Source: Octopus vulgaris
Taxonomy: Eukaryota
Assembly (NCBI GenBank): GCA_951406725.2
Contig: OX597824.1
Coordinates: 98,518,001-98,582,000, forward strand
Reading direction: 5' to 3'
Length of the DNA stretch: 64,000 bases
The stretch's first letter is position 1. Every line of letters starts with the position of its first letter. The notes under the pieces are model-generated. The model was not told the origin of the DNA and did no database searches. It was given only the letters and a program-made list of their open reading frames with translations. Positions 13,373 through 29,483 of the stretch are shown piece after piece. Both the position numbers and the translations under genes were made by a program.

Positions 13373-13463
13373 AAATTCCTTTTTACGCATAAATCAACTA
13401 CACATTGGAATTTACCAGAACGTATTCAGAATAGATAAATATGTTGTATATATATACATACAT

Positions 13464-13538
<75 letters not shown>

Positions 13539-13689
13539 TATATATCCTAGTGTCTTAAAATTTCTTCAAGCCGGTCACATCGATAAAGTTGTTCGCCTCC
13601 ATTTCGGAAAGCTGTCTCGCTTCCTTCGCGCGATTTCTCGTAAATTCGCGTGAATGAAACAATGAATGTTTGAGATTTTCGAGTCAGCG

Positions 13690-14428
13690 TCTTCTTGGTC
13701 TATTTATATTTGGCTCAATGTAGTGTGTGCTATGCTTAATGTTGGACCTTCCTAATGCAGCATCACAATATGGAACGGCTTTTTCAAAAGTATCTTTGTC
13801 GACGGATAAATTGGGGACTTAGTTGCCAATGTTGTTAACTATTTGTTTAATTACCGCTGGTGGCTGGGACCTATGTCTATGTACGAGGCTTCCTCGTTTT
13901 CTTTGTGGCAGGGTTTAAATTTTCCTGTGGTAAGATTCATGTTGATGTCCAGGAAGTTGACTTCCTTAAAGTTTCTACTAATTGTGGTTCTTCGGCCTAA
14001 TTGGCTAAATATTTCTCATAATTTCTTTCCTTATAACCCATCTCCATTCTTCTTAACCCAATAGGAATTATCATGAAAGACTAATGACTTCCTTGCGTTT
14101 ATAATTATGTCTATATCGGTATTTGTTATAGTGACATGTCTTGCTGAATTCAAGCGCCTTCTGAAGCAAACTTTTGGAGATCGAGGGGTAGAACTCGATG
14201 ATGTAGAATTGTATGAACAGGCATTTGAGTTTATCTTCTATTTTCTTAAACCATTTAATAGTTGCACCACTGCATAGCCATTGAGTAAGATTTGAGTGTG
14301 CTTTGATATGTCGCATAATATTATCTAATACCAATTCCTATTTCACGTTTTTATGGGATTTATTAATCTACAGCTAGGAGTTTACGTGAAATTGGTTTTA
14401 AGGTCTTTCAGAGTTATAAAAGGATTTT
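13690..14428 (-). pseudogene. Degenerate Penelope-like reverse transcriptase fragment
   Basis: FITLKD..CRLINP; QW..GATIKWFKKIEDKLKCLFIQFYIIEFYPSISKSLLQKALEF; KEVNFLDINMNLTTGKFKP. These are PLE RT motifs, interrupted by stops and frameshifts. Confidence 0.85.
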
Positions 14429-14490
14429 ATATACATACATATATATATGTATATATATATGTATATGTATGTATGTATATATATATATCT

Positions 14491-14549
<59 letters not shown>

Positions 14550-14567
14550 CATACATACATACATATA

Positions 14568-14748
14568 GTTGAAATTTATAGAAAAACAAAAGACGAAGGC
14601 ATGTATATGAACAACAAGCAAGTGTATTTGTTTGATGCTCAGGATAAATGAACAGGTCTTTTATATTTCGAGCCCGCGCTCTTCAACAGAAAGGAATAAG
14701 ATGAAATAAACAAAGAGAGAATGAAAAGAACATGTTGAGTTCAGCGGC
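14568..14748 (-). mobile_element. Short HHR-bearing element (A6U family); ribozyme motif at 14658-14693
   Basis: Reverse complement matches 47027-47207 and contains CUUU-CUGUUGA-A-GAGC-GCGG-GCUC-GAAA-UA-UA-AAAG. Confidence 0.8.
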
Positions 14749-15005
14749 CCAGTATGTATATACACGCACTCTTACCTGTATGTGTTTGTATGTATGCATA
14801 TACATATATACCTGTATGTATGTGATGGATTATTTATGGATGATAACGGCCTGAACAGTTATCTACACCTCCAACAGTTTATCGAGAATGTCTTGTGAAA
14901 CCGTTAGTCGTTAATATTGAAACTGTTGTCTGCTTTAAGACATTTTCAAGAGTTAGAATTCCCCGAGAAACATTTTGAAATAATGTCAATCTGTCTGTCT
15001 GTCAG

Positions 15006-15063
<58 letters not shown>

Positions 15064-15104
15064 TCTATCTCTCTATCTCTCTATCTATCTATCTATCTAT
15101 CTAC

Positions 15105-15162
<58 letters not shown>

Positions 15163-16458
15163 CTTCGTAATATATTTATTTAATTAGTTACCAGTTAAAT
15201 AATGCTGAAGATTTCTAAAATGAACAAAATAGTACTATACATGATTATAACCGACAAAAAATTGTAACAACTTCACAATAAATTAAAATATACATCGCCT
15301 TCCCCGTATTAATTAATTTTAAATTCAAATTTCTAATCTTGCCACATGATGTGAGAGGGCGAGTAACGGAAATAGCCAGAAGGTGCCACATGAGTGCAGA
15401 TATATTAGATTTGAATGTAATTCAAAAGAGTAGTAGAAAGAATACATGTCTAATCAGTTGCCAGAAGGTGAAAAGTCTGGGACTAAGTCTTTCACGTACC
15501 ATCCAGTACATCATGAGTTCGAAACTCACCGTAAGTAGCTTTGTATTTGATACCTCCGTGGTGTTTGGAATATACGCTATTAGTATACAGGAATTGGCTA
15601 AAAAAACTTCCGCTTTACAGTTTGACAAACTACAAAGCGAACCACATAGCTATTTCATCGAAATTAGCGAAATGAAATTTAATGACAATCTCGGCAGATT
15701 TTGAATTCAGAACGTACGTAATTAATTATAATTAAATACTGTGAGGTAATTAATTATAATTAAATACTTTGAGGTATTTAATCCGACTCCCATTTCTTCC
15801 ACATGTCTCACAAAGTAATTATTAATGATTAATCTTACAATTAATCTAAACCATTGAACAAACATAAAGAGCGTCGATTAAAAAGGTTTCGCGCTAATAT
15901 TTCAAGTATTTTTGCAGAACATTAAAACCAAGTTCAATTGTTGACACGATTCAATCAAACCTCAACTGCATTTGTCAGTCGAATGTCTTGGAATGGAAGC
16001 CAATATCAAGAAACTAACTGTCAAGTGCTCGTTATCATTCCTTGAAAAATTTCATTCAAGCCTCGTTTGAAATTAGATTTCTGGGAACTTTCTACAGTTT
16101 GTTCGGCAACACAATTTGTGTCGATTTCGTGTTGATTTGCCGATTTTCTTGCAGTGACTTTTCAGCGTTTCTTGAAGACTAACAGATTCTGCATATTGCT
16201 TAATGGTACTTCACAAACGAAGTACAAAAGAAAATGTTTGCTAGTTTGCTATGGATTAAAACATTGCTTATATATATATATATATATATATATACATACA
16301 CAATTTTGTGTGCATATATATACACACCCATACACGCATAATGCGTAGAAGCATTAATACCTATACATATGTGTGTATGTATGTATATAAATATAAATAT
16401 ATGCATGTGTCTATATATGTGTATACAAACTCATTGATACACATCTATGTATTATTCT

Positions 16459-16494
<36 letters not shown>

Positions 16495-16917
16495 ATACGT
16501 ACGTGTCTTTTAATGTGATTATGCATACATTAGTTTTAAAACGGTCGTAAATCTAATATTAAGCTTAAGCAATGTCAAAATAAAAGAAGGAAGCGCCGCC
16601 AATAATTACTAAAAGTAGCTGAGGATGACAGTCAGCCGTCATCTCATTGTGTCAGTTCTTTCGTCTACTAGAATAGCCATCCAGTTATTTCTATTTATAT
16701 AGAGAGAGAGAGTTTACACTTAACACAGCCAGGACGTGACCACTCTGTTTTGTAACTGTACTATAACAACAACAACAACAACAATAATAATAATAATGAT
16801 GATGATAATGATAATGATAATACCAATACAGGCATTCCATAAACACTGGTTTCATTCCACTCTTTTGTGTAGGAGGTGAATTAAGTACTTACCGTAGCCG
16901 ATATGCCTTTCAAGCAA

Positions 16918-18332
<1,415 letters not shown>

Positions 18333-18595
18333 TCAAATGTGATCTAGTGTTGCCAATGGCAACTGTGACGCCAAGCAAGTCTTAACAACTGGCGCACACG
18401 CAGCTTCAGCTTGGATCTTAACCAAGGAAATGCCTATTTACATGACGAAAGCTTCCACAGAGAGATTAAATGACCGAAATAAAGTCTCATTTTTCGCTTC
18501 GTCGTAGAACTACGCGCTGACATTCAGACACAGCCATGGAGAGAAGACACATGCATCCGCTTAAATGCAGCTATACGTACACACACACGCACACG

Positions 18596-18631
<36 letters not shown>

Positions 18632-18926
18632 AAAGATATATGTATGTGTGTGTGTGAGTGTATGTGTGTATATATATTCATATATGTGTTTATATATATA
18701 TGTATATATATATATATATATATGCATTCATATATATATTGACATATATATATACATACATACATACACCTATATTATGTATCATATGTGTGTGTGAATT
18801 TATCTTTGTATTTGCGTTTGGACATGCGACTGTAACATCTATTCATCCATCTATCAATCTATCTCTACCTCTCCTCTCTCTTTCTATATACATATATATA
18901 TGTATGTATATATATATATATATATG

Positions 18927-18989
<63 letters not shown>

Positions 18990-19089
18990 CCGTCTATCTA
19001 TCTAGCTAAAGAACGAACGAACTAGTTAGCTAGTTAAGTAGCTCTCTGCATATAAATATATACATACACATACATTGTACTGTTCCGTG

Positions 19090-19765
19090 AAGGTAAGATT
19101 CACAAAAAAATACTCCATTTGGTGAGATAAATATTTTATAAACACAATACATGTTTTTAAATGTTACTAATAGTTTCATATGTTGAGAAATACCTGAAAC
19201 ATATTCATCAGGCACAAACAACATATCATAGCGAACAAAAAATTGAATTACAGAAGAAACGCGAACAGTTCTGAAGGAAGCATATAGAAAATGTTGAAGG
19301 TTAAAAAACGAAAACGGAAAACGAAAAGTAAAAATTAAAAAGTAAAAAGGGTAAAAGAGTTATCCTCCTTAGTCCTTTAATTGTAAGGCTAGTCAGGAAT
19401 ATAAGTTAGTCAGGAATAGGCAGAATTATCCAGTACTTCAAAATGTATTTAGACATATGTTTGCAACCACTGAAAATTTCATAACTAGAGTTCAGTAGTG
19501 TGTTAGATGTCATAGATCTGAAGAGGATCTCCTCTATATCAACTATGCATACATACGCACACACGCACACACGCACGCGCACGCACACATATAACCATAT
19601 AACCCCGCCTATTCCTGACTAATTTGTTGATATCTTTCCAGCCTTATAATTTAAGGACTGAAGAGGATAACTCTTTCCCCTTTTTTACTTTTTAATTTTT
19701 ACTTTTCATTTTCCGTTTTCGTTTCTTAATCTTCAACGTTTTCTATGTTTCCTTCACAACTGTTC
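19090..19765 (-). mobile_element. Penelope-like 3' fragment with inverted partial terminal repeat
   Basis: Inverted arms at about 19263-19420 and 19608-19765. Spacer encodes CIVDIEEILFRSMTSNTLLNSSYEIFSGCKHMSKY (PLE endonuclease end, minus strand). Hammerhead lies downstream. Confidence 0.8.
19160..19215 (-). ncRNA. Type I hammerhead ribozyme motif (weak stem I)
   Basis: CUGAUGA-AUAUGUU...AACAUAU-GAAA-CUA-U-UAG-UA. Perfect 7-bp stem II, GUA site, poorly paired stem I. Confidence 0.6.
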
Positions 19766-19847
19766 AAATTCCGCCGAGGTCGACTTTGCCTTTCATCCTT
19801 TCGAGGTCGATAAATTAAATACCAGTTACGTACTGAGGTCGATCTAA
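19762..19847 (+). mobile_element. SINE family B, partial
   Basis: GTTCAAATTCCGCCGAGGTCGACTTTGCCTTTCATCCTTTCG is identical to the 44453 copy. Confidence 0.85.
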
Positions 19848-19913
19848 TATATATATATATATTTATATTTATATTTATGTGTGTATGTGTGTATGTGTGT
19901 ATGTATGTATGTA

Positions 19914-20241
19914 CGAGGTGCGTGCAAAAGGTATCCGGTTTTATTTTTACCTGCCAAAACTAATGGAGTGTGGACAAAATCCTTTGGGCGACCACCTATG
20001 CATGCGAGTATATTTTGCCAAAAGTTTATTAGGATGATTGAGCAGGCGATTGGCGATTGGCGATGATGCCATGGGAAAAACTCAGATACAGGAATGATGC
20101 AACTGCTTCGTTGGAGAGCGAGGCACGTTGAGGCAGGCGATCTGCAAGTCGAAGAAAGGAGTCGTCGATTGAGCAGCTTCCGTGAATGATCAGGAAATAA
20201 TCCAGGAAATTGTTCACGAAGTGAGAACAAGCACAGGACCA

Positions 20242-20245
<4 letters not shown>
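19914..20245 (+). mobile_element. Degenerate mariner-like 5' fragment
   Basis: Begins TA-CGAGGTGCGTGCAAAAGGTATCCGG, similar to the TIR at 10423. No partner TIR seen. Confidence 0.45.
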
Positions 20246-20305
<60 letters not shown>

Positions 20306-20535
20306 TTAGAGGATTGACCACTAAAAGTGGACAGCCTGTATGCTAGTTATAGACGTCAAAATCGCCATTTTCCACGAAGAATATGTTCTCAAGAAAAAAT
20401 TCAGCAAAAAACCAAAGTGTAAAAATAAGCAAGACAAATGAAAATATACGAAATAAAAAACGATTACCTATGTACTAATTAGTTTCACATGTTAATTATT
20501 TACGTATATGGATACGTAAACATCTGCAAGATAAT

Positions 20536-20575
<40 letters not shown>

Positions 20576-21820
20576 TTAGTGTTGACTGTCGGAAAAAGAG
20601 TACTCAATACCATAGTAGAGATTAATAGTATATTTTATTTTAGTCGAGTCAGTCTCTTGCTATTTTGAGTTTTACCTGAAGGTGCACAGGATCTTCAGGC
20701 AAGTCGTGACTTATGCGCTAAAATGCAAACTAGCAAGAGGCTGATTAAACCAAACTAAAAATATTACATATATATACACACACACACACACACATATGTG
20801 GGTAGATAGATGTCGATACATCTGTATTTGTTTTCATCGTATGATTGTAAGAAGATATTGTTTGTGGTTAGTGTAATGGCACACATTCACTCCTCCTCCT
20901 CCTCTGTTGATACTGTTGCTCTCTTTATTTCTCCCTCCTTTGTTTGATTAGGTTGGTGTATAATCAAAACTCACGAAACCCGATATCTATTAAGTGCTTC
21001 CTACCTTGTCTAAGCTGCTGCTTTGTCTCTTGTCGTTTCTTCTCCATTATAAAAGCTGCCATTCGAAATATCCTTCATGTTTGATGACGTTACCGAGTCT
21101 CAAATAATATGATGCTATACCGTTGCGCACAGGTGCAACGATATTGCATAATTAAAACGAAGGTAGGAAATGAATATAGTGAAATGTCATTTGCGTATGT
21201 GTGTGTGTATGGTGTGTACGTGTGTGCATGAACGAGAGCGTGTGTGTATGTGTGTATGTGTGTGTGTGTGTGTGTGGGTGGGTGGGTGTACGTTGCTGTA
21301 TGTCGACTTTCCTTAACATCCAGTGAAAAGCAACACCTGTAACCTCCGAGTAGCAACCAAGTGAATTACCAAATTTATGCAAATATATATTTTCTTACAA
21401 TGTGTATTGAATATGTCATTCCTTTGTTCCACTTCAAATATTGAGTGCAGTAAATAAATCATACTGAAAATTAATTGTATACCGAAGTAGCCTCCCTTGC
21501 CTTTCTTGAGCCGAATTAATCGTTAATGAAATTATTTCCCTCCTCTCTAAGGATATCGCTTTTATATTAATTTTAGTTTGTGTTAGATTAAGTGAGATAT
21601 ATTTAACGTGGGGCAAACCTGGCTGTTTTATTTAAATAAATTCTCTGAAGATCTCCAACATTAGACAATGGCAGATTCATAAGTAGCAAAAGTGCTTTTG
21701 GGTTGTTTTGATGTTCACCGTCTCCTCTGTATGTTGACAATGGCGTCGGGCAATTGCTCGTATTTTTGACACCTGTGTGTTTATGTGAGTGCGTGTGTGT
21801 GAGTGTATGTGTGTGTTATA

Positions 21821-22040
21821 TTTTTTTTCTTTACTACCCACAAGGGGCTAAACACAGGGTGGACAAACAAGGATAGACAAACGGATTAAGTCGATTACAT
21901 CGATCCCAGTGCGTAACTGGTACTTTATTTATCGACCCCGAAAGGATGAAAGGCAAAGTGGACCTCAGAACGTAGCGGCAGACGAAATACCGCTAAGCAT
22001 TTCTCCCTGCGTGCTGACGTTTCTGCCAGCTCCTCGCCGC
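21821..22040 (-). mobile_element. SINE family B
   Basis: Reverse complement of the 44453-44682 unit. Confidence 0.85.
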
Positions 22041-23135
22041 CTTGTGTGTCTGTTATATTTATGATGTTGAGTGAGGGTTTCCTTGTTTTTTGGTGTCATT
22101 AGTAACGAGTTGGTTGTTAATGTTGCCATTGATAATGACGTTGTTGTTAATGATGACGATGATGATGATGTCATTAATTGAATGAGGTGATTGTTGGTTA
22201 CATTTGATATTTTCTGGTGTTATTGTTAAGAAGACGGGTCTTGGTGGATGCAAGTTGACGTTTGCTGTTGTTTTGTTGCTGGTTTGGCGCCAGGTTTTCC
22301 AGATGATTTTTCAAACGGTTGGAATGGGTTGCGTTCTGGCGAATAGTGGAAGAATCTATGAGTGTGTATGCGTGTATGTGTGTGTATGTGTGTGTATGCG
22401 TGTATGTGTGTGTATGCGTGTATGTGTGTGTATACGTGTATGTGTGTATACGTGTATGTGAGTGTATACGTGTATGTGTGTGTATGCGTGTATGTGTGTG
22501 TATGCGTGTATATGTATGACGTTATCTGTCTGTATGATTTGTGGAGGTGTGAGTCGAAAAGAGTGGCTGACCGAGCGGCTTCCCGTGGCTCTCCAGTCGG
22601 GAAAGTTCTGGAAGCGTTCCTTTTATGAACAACATAATCTTGGTGCCAACCATTGATCAAATGTTTTCCTACCATGACCATCCCATTGTTGCAGGTGTTG
22701 GTAGGAGGAGGTGTGCTATGAATATGTTTTAATTTCACGGAAAACAAGCTGTGTTGTTGCCATAGTAACAAAGTTAAATCAGAAGTCCCGCCAGTTCGTT
22801 TGTTTCTGTGTTTCTCTCTCAAGCTAACTCTCACTCTGTCTCTCCCCCCTCTCTCTCTCTAGCTAGCTTTCTCTATTTTTATCTCTCTCACTATCACTCT
22901 CTCCCCTCCTCCCTACTCTATCGTTCCTTCTCATCTTTATAGAAGTTAATTCAATTAGATTGGTTCATGAAATCATTGTGTGTGTGTGTGTGTGTGTGTA
23001 AGTGCGTGTGTAGGTGCGCGTATGCGAATGTGTGTATATGAACATGTATGCGTTCTTTGATGCATTTTAGTCAAGAAGACACAGGCAATGCTGGAGCAAC
23101 AGCTGACTCCCTTCTTACAGTTGAATGTTCTATAT

Positions 23136-23166
<31 letters not shown>

Positions 23167-23309
23167 GGAAAGATATATATATATATACTTAAAAAATATG
23201 TATATATGTTTTTTTCTCTCTCTCCCTATCTATATATATAAATATATACATGCGCGCGCGCGGACACACAAACACACTCACACACATATATAAATCAAAG
23301 TATACAGTA

Positions 23310-24240
23310 TTGTAGACCCGTTTCAGCTTTTCCAACTAAACTGTTTCATACTGGATATTAAATAATTAGGTGGTTAACAAATATCATGTGCTCTTCAGAG
23401 ATAACCGGCATGTAAAAAATAATTATTGTAAGCGAAAAAAACATTACATCCTGTTTGTGGATGATGTGAAAAATTACGAAACGAAGTTGCAAAAAAGAAA
23501 TCATCGGAAGATTTACCAAGGAATTTGACCCGAAATATCTGAGATGGCTGTGAAGCATGAAGAGTCTGGTGGGTGAAAATATATGCAGAGGAGTCAAGGG
23601 AGTGGTGTGTGTGCAGGGCTGGTGTATGGATAAGATTCTTTTCGGAGGAGGTGAGATTAATGCAAGTTTAGGTGCATATGCGCATGTGTTCATTTGTGCG
23701 TATTTTGGCTAAAACTTTGCTGGGTTCTCAAGTTGAGATGGTCGGGGAACCGAAAGTGGGGAGCCTATTGACCATAACCATGGTAGGACTCGGAGGCAAC
23801 AAAATGTATAATCTTCTCTCATGTGAGCAGGGACTGAAAATTTCGTTCTGGCAGTGTAGATAGATGTCCGGATGCTGAGAATTTTTTAATATGATTGTTT
23901 ATCGGGTAACCATAATCCGCATTTTTGTTGCTATTGAAACACTGCTTGCACTTTTCCACTCGAAGTTGTATTCTGCGATGCTTTCCTTTAACGATCATAC
24001 AAGCCCAAGGCTCTGACGTTAAGACTTTCTTGGATATTTAAGGAAAACTTATGGTCGTTGAATCTGTTCCTGATAGAATTGTCTTTCTTGTTCACATACT
24101 TCTGCACGTGTGGCTGTTCTTGAGGGTCGTCAGACGTTACTTCTACCTCTAAGTGATTGTTAAGGGACCATGAGTATTATCTCTACATGAAGATCTTGCC
24201 TCTTGTAGCTCATACCCCTCTTCTCCTTCGGCATCAAAAC
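23310..24240 (-). mobile_element. Degenerate PLE 3' end (GIY-YIG fragment plus downstream terminal region)
   Basis: EVEVTSDDP...KYV...IRNRFNDHKFSL...EYNFEWK...KCGLWL...NEIFSPCSHE. A decayed hammerhead CUGAAGAGC...GCUGAAACGGGUC lies at about 23314-23398. Confidence 0.6.
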
Positions 24241-24428
24241 TCGTGTGCGTCAGACCATCCTTAGCTTAGTGAATAAACACTTCGTCGAACGAATATGTGT
24301 AATAAAGTTTTTGACACATCGCAAGAACTTCGTTCCATTGTGCGTTTAGTGAAAAGAAGATATTGGTAAGTGGGCCTACACTTGAGGCAGAGGCAGCTCC
24401 ACATGTTCCCTGAACGGTCACGCCAACA

Positions 24429-24504
<76 letters not shown>

Positions 24505-25134
24505 TATTAATTCAACTGTGAAGTTTGATGAACACATTTCTTGATCACACATTGAAAGACGTATAAATAATTAGATATACGGACAGACAGACAGACACAT
24601 GGACAGATAGAGTGACAGAGGGAGAGAAAGGGAGACTGACAGATGTATATATCTCTGTCTCTCTGTCTCAGTTTGTCTGGCTGTCTGCCTCATTCTCTCT
24701 CTCTATCTATCTATCTATCTATCTACATGCACACATACATACATACATACATACATTCCCCGAAGAAGCGGATGCCACATACGGACCCAGATTTCAAGGT
24801 GTTTGCCTATTATCAACGTATGGCAGGCTGCGCCCCTCGACGAACGACTCTCTGTGCAGGCTATCTATATAAAGATTTTCACAGTAAATACATTTACTGA
24901 TGTAGAAAATCTGTTCGACAGCAATAATAATTCTCTAAACGAGGTATAGACAGTAACTGCTCCATAACATAAGGGACGTTAGCCATCCGAATGTTGCTAG
25001 GGACAGGGCAGGGCGGTGGGGGTGTTACTGATGCATTTAGCCCCAGGCGATCATCAACGTCACCAGGAGGGCTGACGCCATCACGGCATATATATATATA
25101 TAGCTATACGTGTGTGTGTGTGTGGATATATACA

Positions 25135-25574
25135 GGCGCTGGAGCGGCTGTATGGTAAGTAGCTTGATTACCAACCACATGTTTCCGGGTTCAGTATCAC
25201 TGAGTGGCACCTTGAGCAAGTGTTTTCTACTATAGCCTCAGGCTAACCAAAGCCTTCCCAGTGGATTTGGTGGACGGAAATTGAAAGAAGCCCGTCGTAT
25301 ATATATATATATATATATGTTGTGTGTGTATGTGTGTGTGAATGTATGTATGTGTGTGTATATGCTTGTGTGTCTGTGTTTGTCCCCCCCACAATCGCTT
25401 GACAACCTATGCTGGAGTGTTTACGTCTCCGTAGCGTAGCAGTTCGGCAAAAGAGACCAATAGAATAAGTACTAAGCTACAAAGAATAAGTCCTGAGGTC
25501 GAGTTGCTCGACTACAGGCGGTGCTCCAGCATCGCCGCAGTCTTATGACTGAAACAAGTAAAAGAATAAAAGAA
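25135..25574 (+). mobile_element. tRNA-derived CORE-type SINE (family A), near full length
   Basis: A/B-box-like head (GGCTGTATGGTAAG...GGGTTCAGTATC), CORE-like CACCTTGAGCAAGTG, internal TA/TG microsatellite, tail GGTGCTCCAGCATCGCCGCAGTC...AAAAGAATAAAAGA. Confidence 0.9.
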
Positions 25575-25595
25575 TATATATGTATACACACACGC

Positions 25596-25635
<40 letters not shown>

Positions 25636-25895
25636 AATTAAATGCATAAACAAATAAATTAATATAAAAAAAGAAAAAGTAAGTAGATAAAAACAAATAA
25701 TTAAAATAAAATAAAATGAACGTGAATAAATCGGAGATGCTGTTAATGCAGGTACCATACACATTCCCCCACACCCAGTAACCAAACATAGACACATAGG
25801 GATATACGCATGCGCAAATAAAGGCACATGCAACAGGAACACAAAATGGCAGGTCGTTAGGAAGGAGAGACCCCAAAAAGAAAGAAGAAAGCAAA

Positions 25896-25940
25896 GGACC
25901 ACTGATGAGGTCACAGAAGTGTGACGAAAGAACTCTGGCC
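25896..25940 (+). ncRNA. Type I hammerhead ribozyme motif
   Basis: GACCA-CUGAUGA-G-GUCACA-GAAG-UGUGAC-GAAA-GAAC-UC-UGGCC, followed by AATAAA. Confidence 0.7.
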
Positions 25941-26104
25941 AAAATACAATTAATATAAAATAAAGCTGAAGCAAGTGATCACCAAAATATATAGTGCGTG
26001 TGTTTGCGTTGGCGAAACTGGCAACATGACCATCCCCAAATACAACAATATATGTTTCAACACACGAATTCACATTAAGAATCTTGCAAAACGCATACAT
26101 AAAC

Positions 26105-26177
<73 letters not shown>

Positions 26178-26606
26178 TAACAAAGATGTACAGGTGCCAA
26201 TTCATTACGGCCGTTTCAATTCACCTGTACTCATATTTTATGAACCTAACTTGGAATCTACTCGTCGGAAATACTATGGAAAGTACTTTTATAAATAAAA
26301 AAACTCCATGTCTGGATTACCAAGAGCGGATATCTTCACTTAACTGGGTTGTGTTGTCTGCTCAGATGACAGTAATGTCGGGTACAAACATACCTACACG
26401 GAGTCTTGATATTCAATGTTCAATTGATATTGTTTAGGTACACGGATTATACCGACTTAGCAAGGTACCTCAGTTGAAGTACCTAATTCAACGGATTCTT
26501 AACTATATGTGTCTGTGTGTGTATACATATATATACACACACGTATAGGTATATATATATATGTGTGTGTGTGCGTGTAGCTATACAGACAGACAGACAG
26601 GCAGGC

Positions 26607-26669
<63 letters not shown>

Positions 26670-27348
26670 CAGAGAAAGAGAGAGAGAGAGATTAGTGTTA
26701 TAAGGGTGAGAGAGAAACTGAAAAAGAAATCTAAAGAAACATGTCAAATGCAAGAGGAAGGGAGGAGTAGAAGGAAAGGAAAAGAGAGGAGGAGAGAAAG
26801 AGAAAGAGTAGAGAAGGGAGAGACTATGTATATGTGAGAGAAGGAGAGAGGGAGCAGAAATAAAGGAGAGGATGTGAGAAAGAGAGAGAGAGAAGGGAAA
26901 GAGGCTGTACTTATGAGAGAATGACAGAATGAGAGAATGAGAGAGAGAGAGAGAGAGAGAGTGAGAGAGAGAAGTTCAGAAACAATACAGTAAATGTTAT
27001 TTGCAGTATGGCAAGATACGAACTGGAAACAGCAAGGAAGAGATGGTTGTTGTTGATAACCGCCCACTGAAGTTGTACACTGCACACTGCACAGTGCACA
27101 GTGTTTGCAAAATGCACCACAGTTGGTACACACAGTCAGAAAAGCACATGCGCTGCATCATAGCCACATCGGGAGCACATTGCTTGTCGTTGGTTGCGGG
27201 GGCGAAGAACCGCGTGAAAGCTGTTGGGGGAAAATATGAAGATTGTTTGGAAGCTCTATCGATACGATTCGTTTAATTAGATCGGATTCTATTGTGTTCT
27301 ATGTGCATACATACATAGATATGTGCATGTATATATATATGTATATAT

Positions 27349-27410
<62 letters not shown>

Positions 27411-27438
27411 TATATATATGTATGTATATATATATATT

Positions 27439-27579
<141 letters not shown>

Positions 27580-27657
27580 GTATGTATATATATATATATA
27601 TTATGTATGTATGTATATATATATATATGTGTGTAGGTATGTATGTATGTACGTATG

Positions 27658-27692
<35 letters not shown>

Positions 27693-27713
27693 GTATGTAT
27701 GTATGTACGTATG

Positions 27714-27746
<33 letters not shown>

Positions 27747-27879
27747 GTAGGTATGTATATATATATATATATATATATTTCTACATATCTATATATATAG
27801 ATGTATATATATATATATAAATATATATATATACATATCAATCCATATGTATATATATATACATACATAAATATATATA

Positions 27880-27959
<80 letters not shown>

Positions 27960-28449
27960 GATACGCAATCATACTTCGGCGCACCCTCGTGCACACTCGT
28001 ATATGTTTACAGTAATTAGTGATCCGCCATTGGTTATTATCAACTGGTTATGTTTATTGAATAGGCATTCATTCATTCATGAAGATATTGCACCAATGTA
28101 CGAGAAATATGTGTGTGCACGCGCGTGTGCCAGTGAGTGTGTGTGCGTGTGTGTGTGTGTCTGTGTGTGTGTGCTTATGTGTGAATGCACCTGTTTGTCT
28201 ATGTCTCTCTCTTTATTTCTATTTCTTCCTTCTCTCTACCCTTCTCTCTTCCTCTCTCTTTGTCCATCTTTCTGTCCCTCTCTCTCTGTCCCTCTCTCTC
28301 CCACTTTCTTTTTAGTTATATGCAAAACAACTTTCCAGAATATGCATAGCGACATGTGCATTTCTTGCATATATTTGCTAATGCACTAAATATGCAGCTG
28401 TGTCAATGTAATGCGAATTGCCACCAAGTTGCACCATTTGCACATGCTT

Positions 28450-28512
28450 CACCGTGTTGCACCGTGTTGCACCGTGTTGCACCGTGTTGCACCGTGTTGC
28501 ACCGTGTTGCAC
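28450..28512 (+). repeat. 10-bp minisatellite (ACCGTGTTGC)x6
   Basis: Six perfect tandem copies. Confidence 0.95.
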
Positions 28513-29264
28513 TCTGTTCAGAGCGAGGTTGTTGAAAAAAAGGCAAAGCAGAAGTGGAAACTGAAGACCGAATCCCCAGACTTCGAAATGAGGCTAAAGA
28601 CTAAAGACTAAAGGTGGATTTGAAGAATGTTCTGCTATTTCAAAGCCATATTGCAATAATGCAACACCATTTTGGCGTGACTGGAGTATCAGCACTTGGG
28701 TGTTGACTCGATGCTTCATTTGGAAGCTAATTTTGAGAGAACACATGAAAGGAAGAGCGTAAAATTGGGAGGAATTAAGGATTGGTGCGAGTCACGAAGA
28801 CGAAAGTGTGAGGAGCTTCTTCTAGGAATAGGATGAGCAGGCTGTGTAGTAAGATGGACGATGCTTGCTGTTGTTGGCGTTTCACTCGGACAAGAAGGTT
28901 TGTGAGGTCAGAAGGAGACAGAGGAGAACTCCATCAAAAACATGACAGACGTGTTTCAAGTAAAGATCAAATCTAAGGATAACGAATAAAAAGGGTCAGC
29001 AAGTTGTGAATAAAACGAAATATTCGGACTGATTACATCTGGTCTCGGGTGTGGTTGAGCAAGAAAATGACGGGCTGCAGACTGAGGCAAAAGAGAAAGA
29101 AAAACCTGGACATTCTTTGGTAGCGTCAATAACAATGGATATTGGTGAAGGCAGAAGAACTGTCGGAATGAAACAAATCGCGAGGAAATACAGCCGGAAA
29201 TGTTTAATAGTCCATGTTTTATAGTGCAAAACAGAGAGACACACATATACACACATCTCTGTTT

Positions 29265-29423
<159 letters not shown>

Positions 29424-29430
29424 GATAGAG

Positions 29431-29483
<53 letters not shown>

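Noticed and set aside
20465-20540. GAAACUAAUUAGUA half-motif on the minus strand
   Set aside because: No CUGANGA core found upstream.
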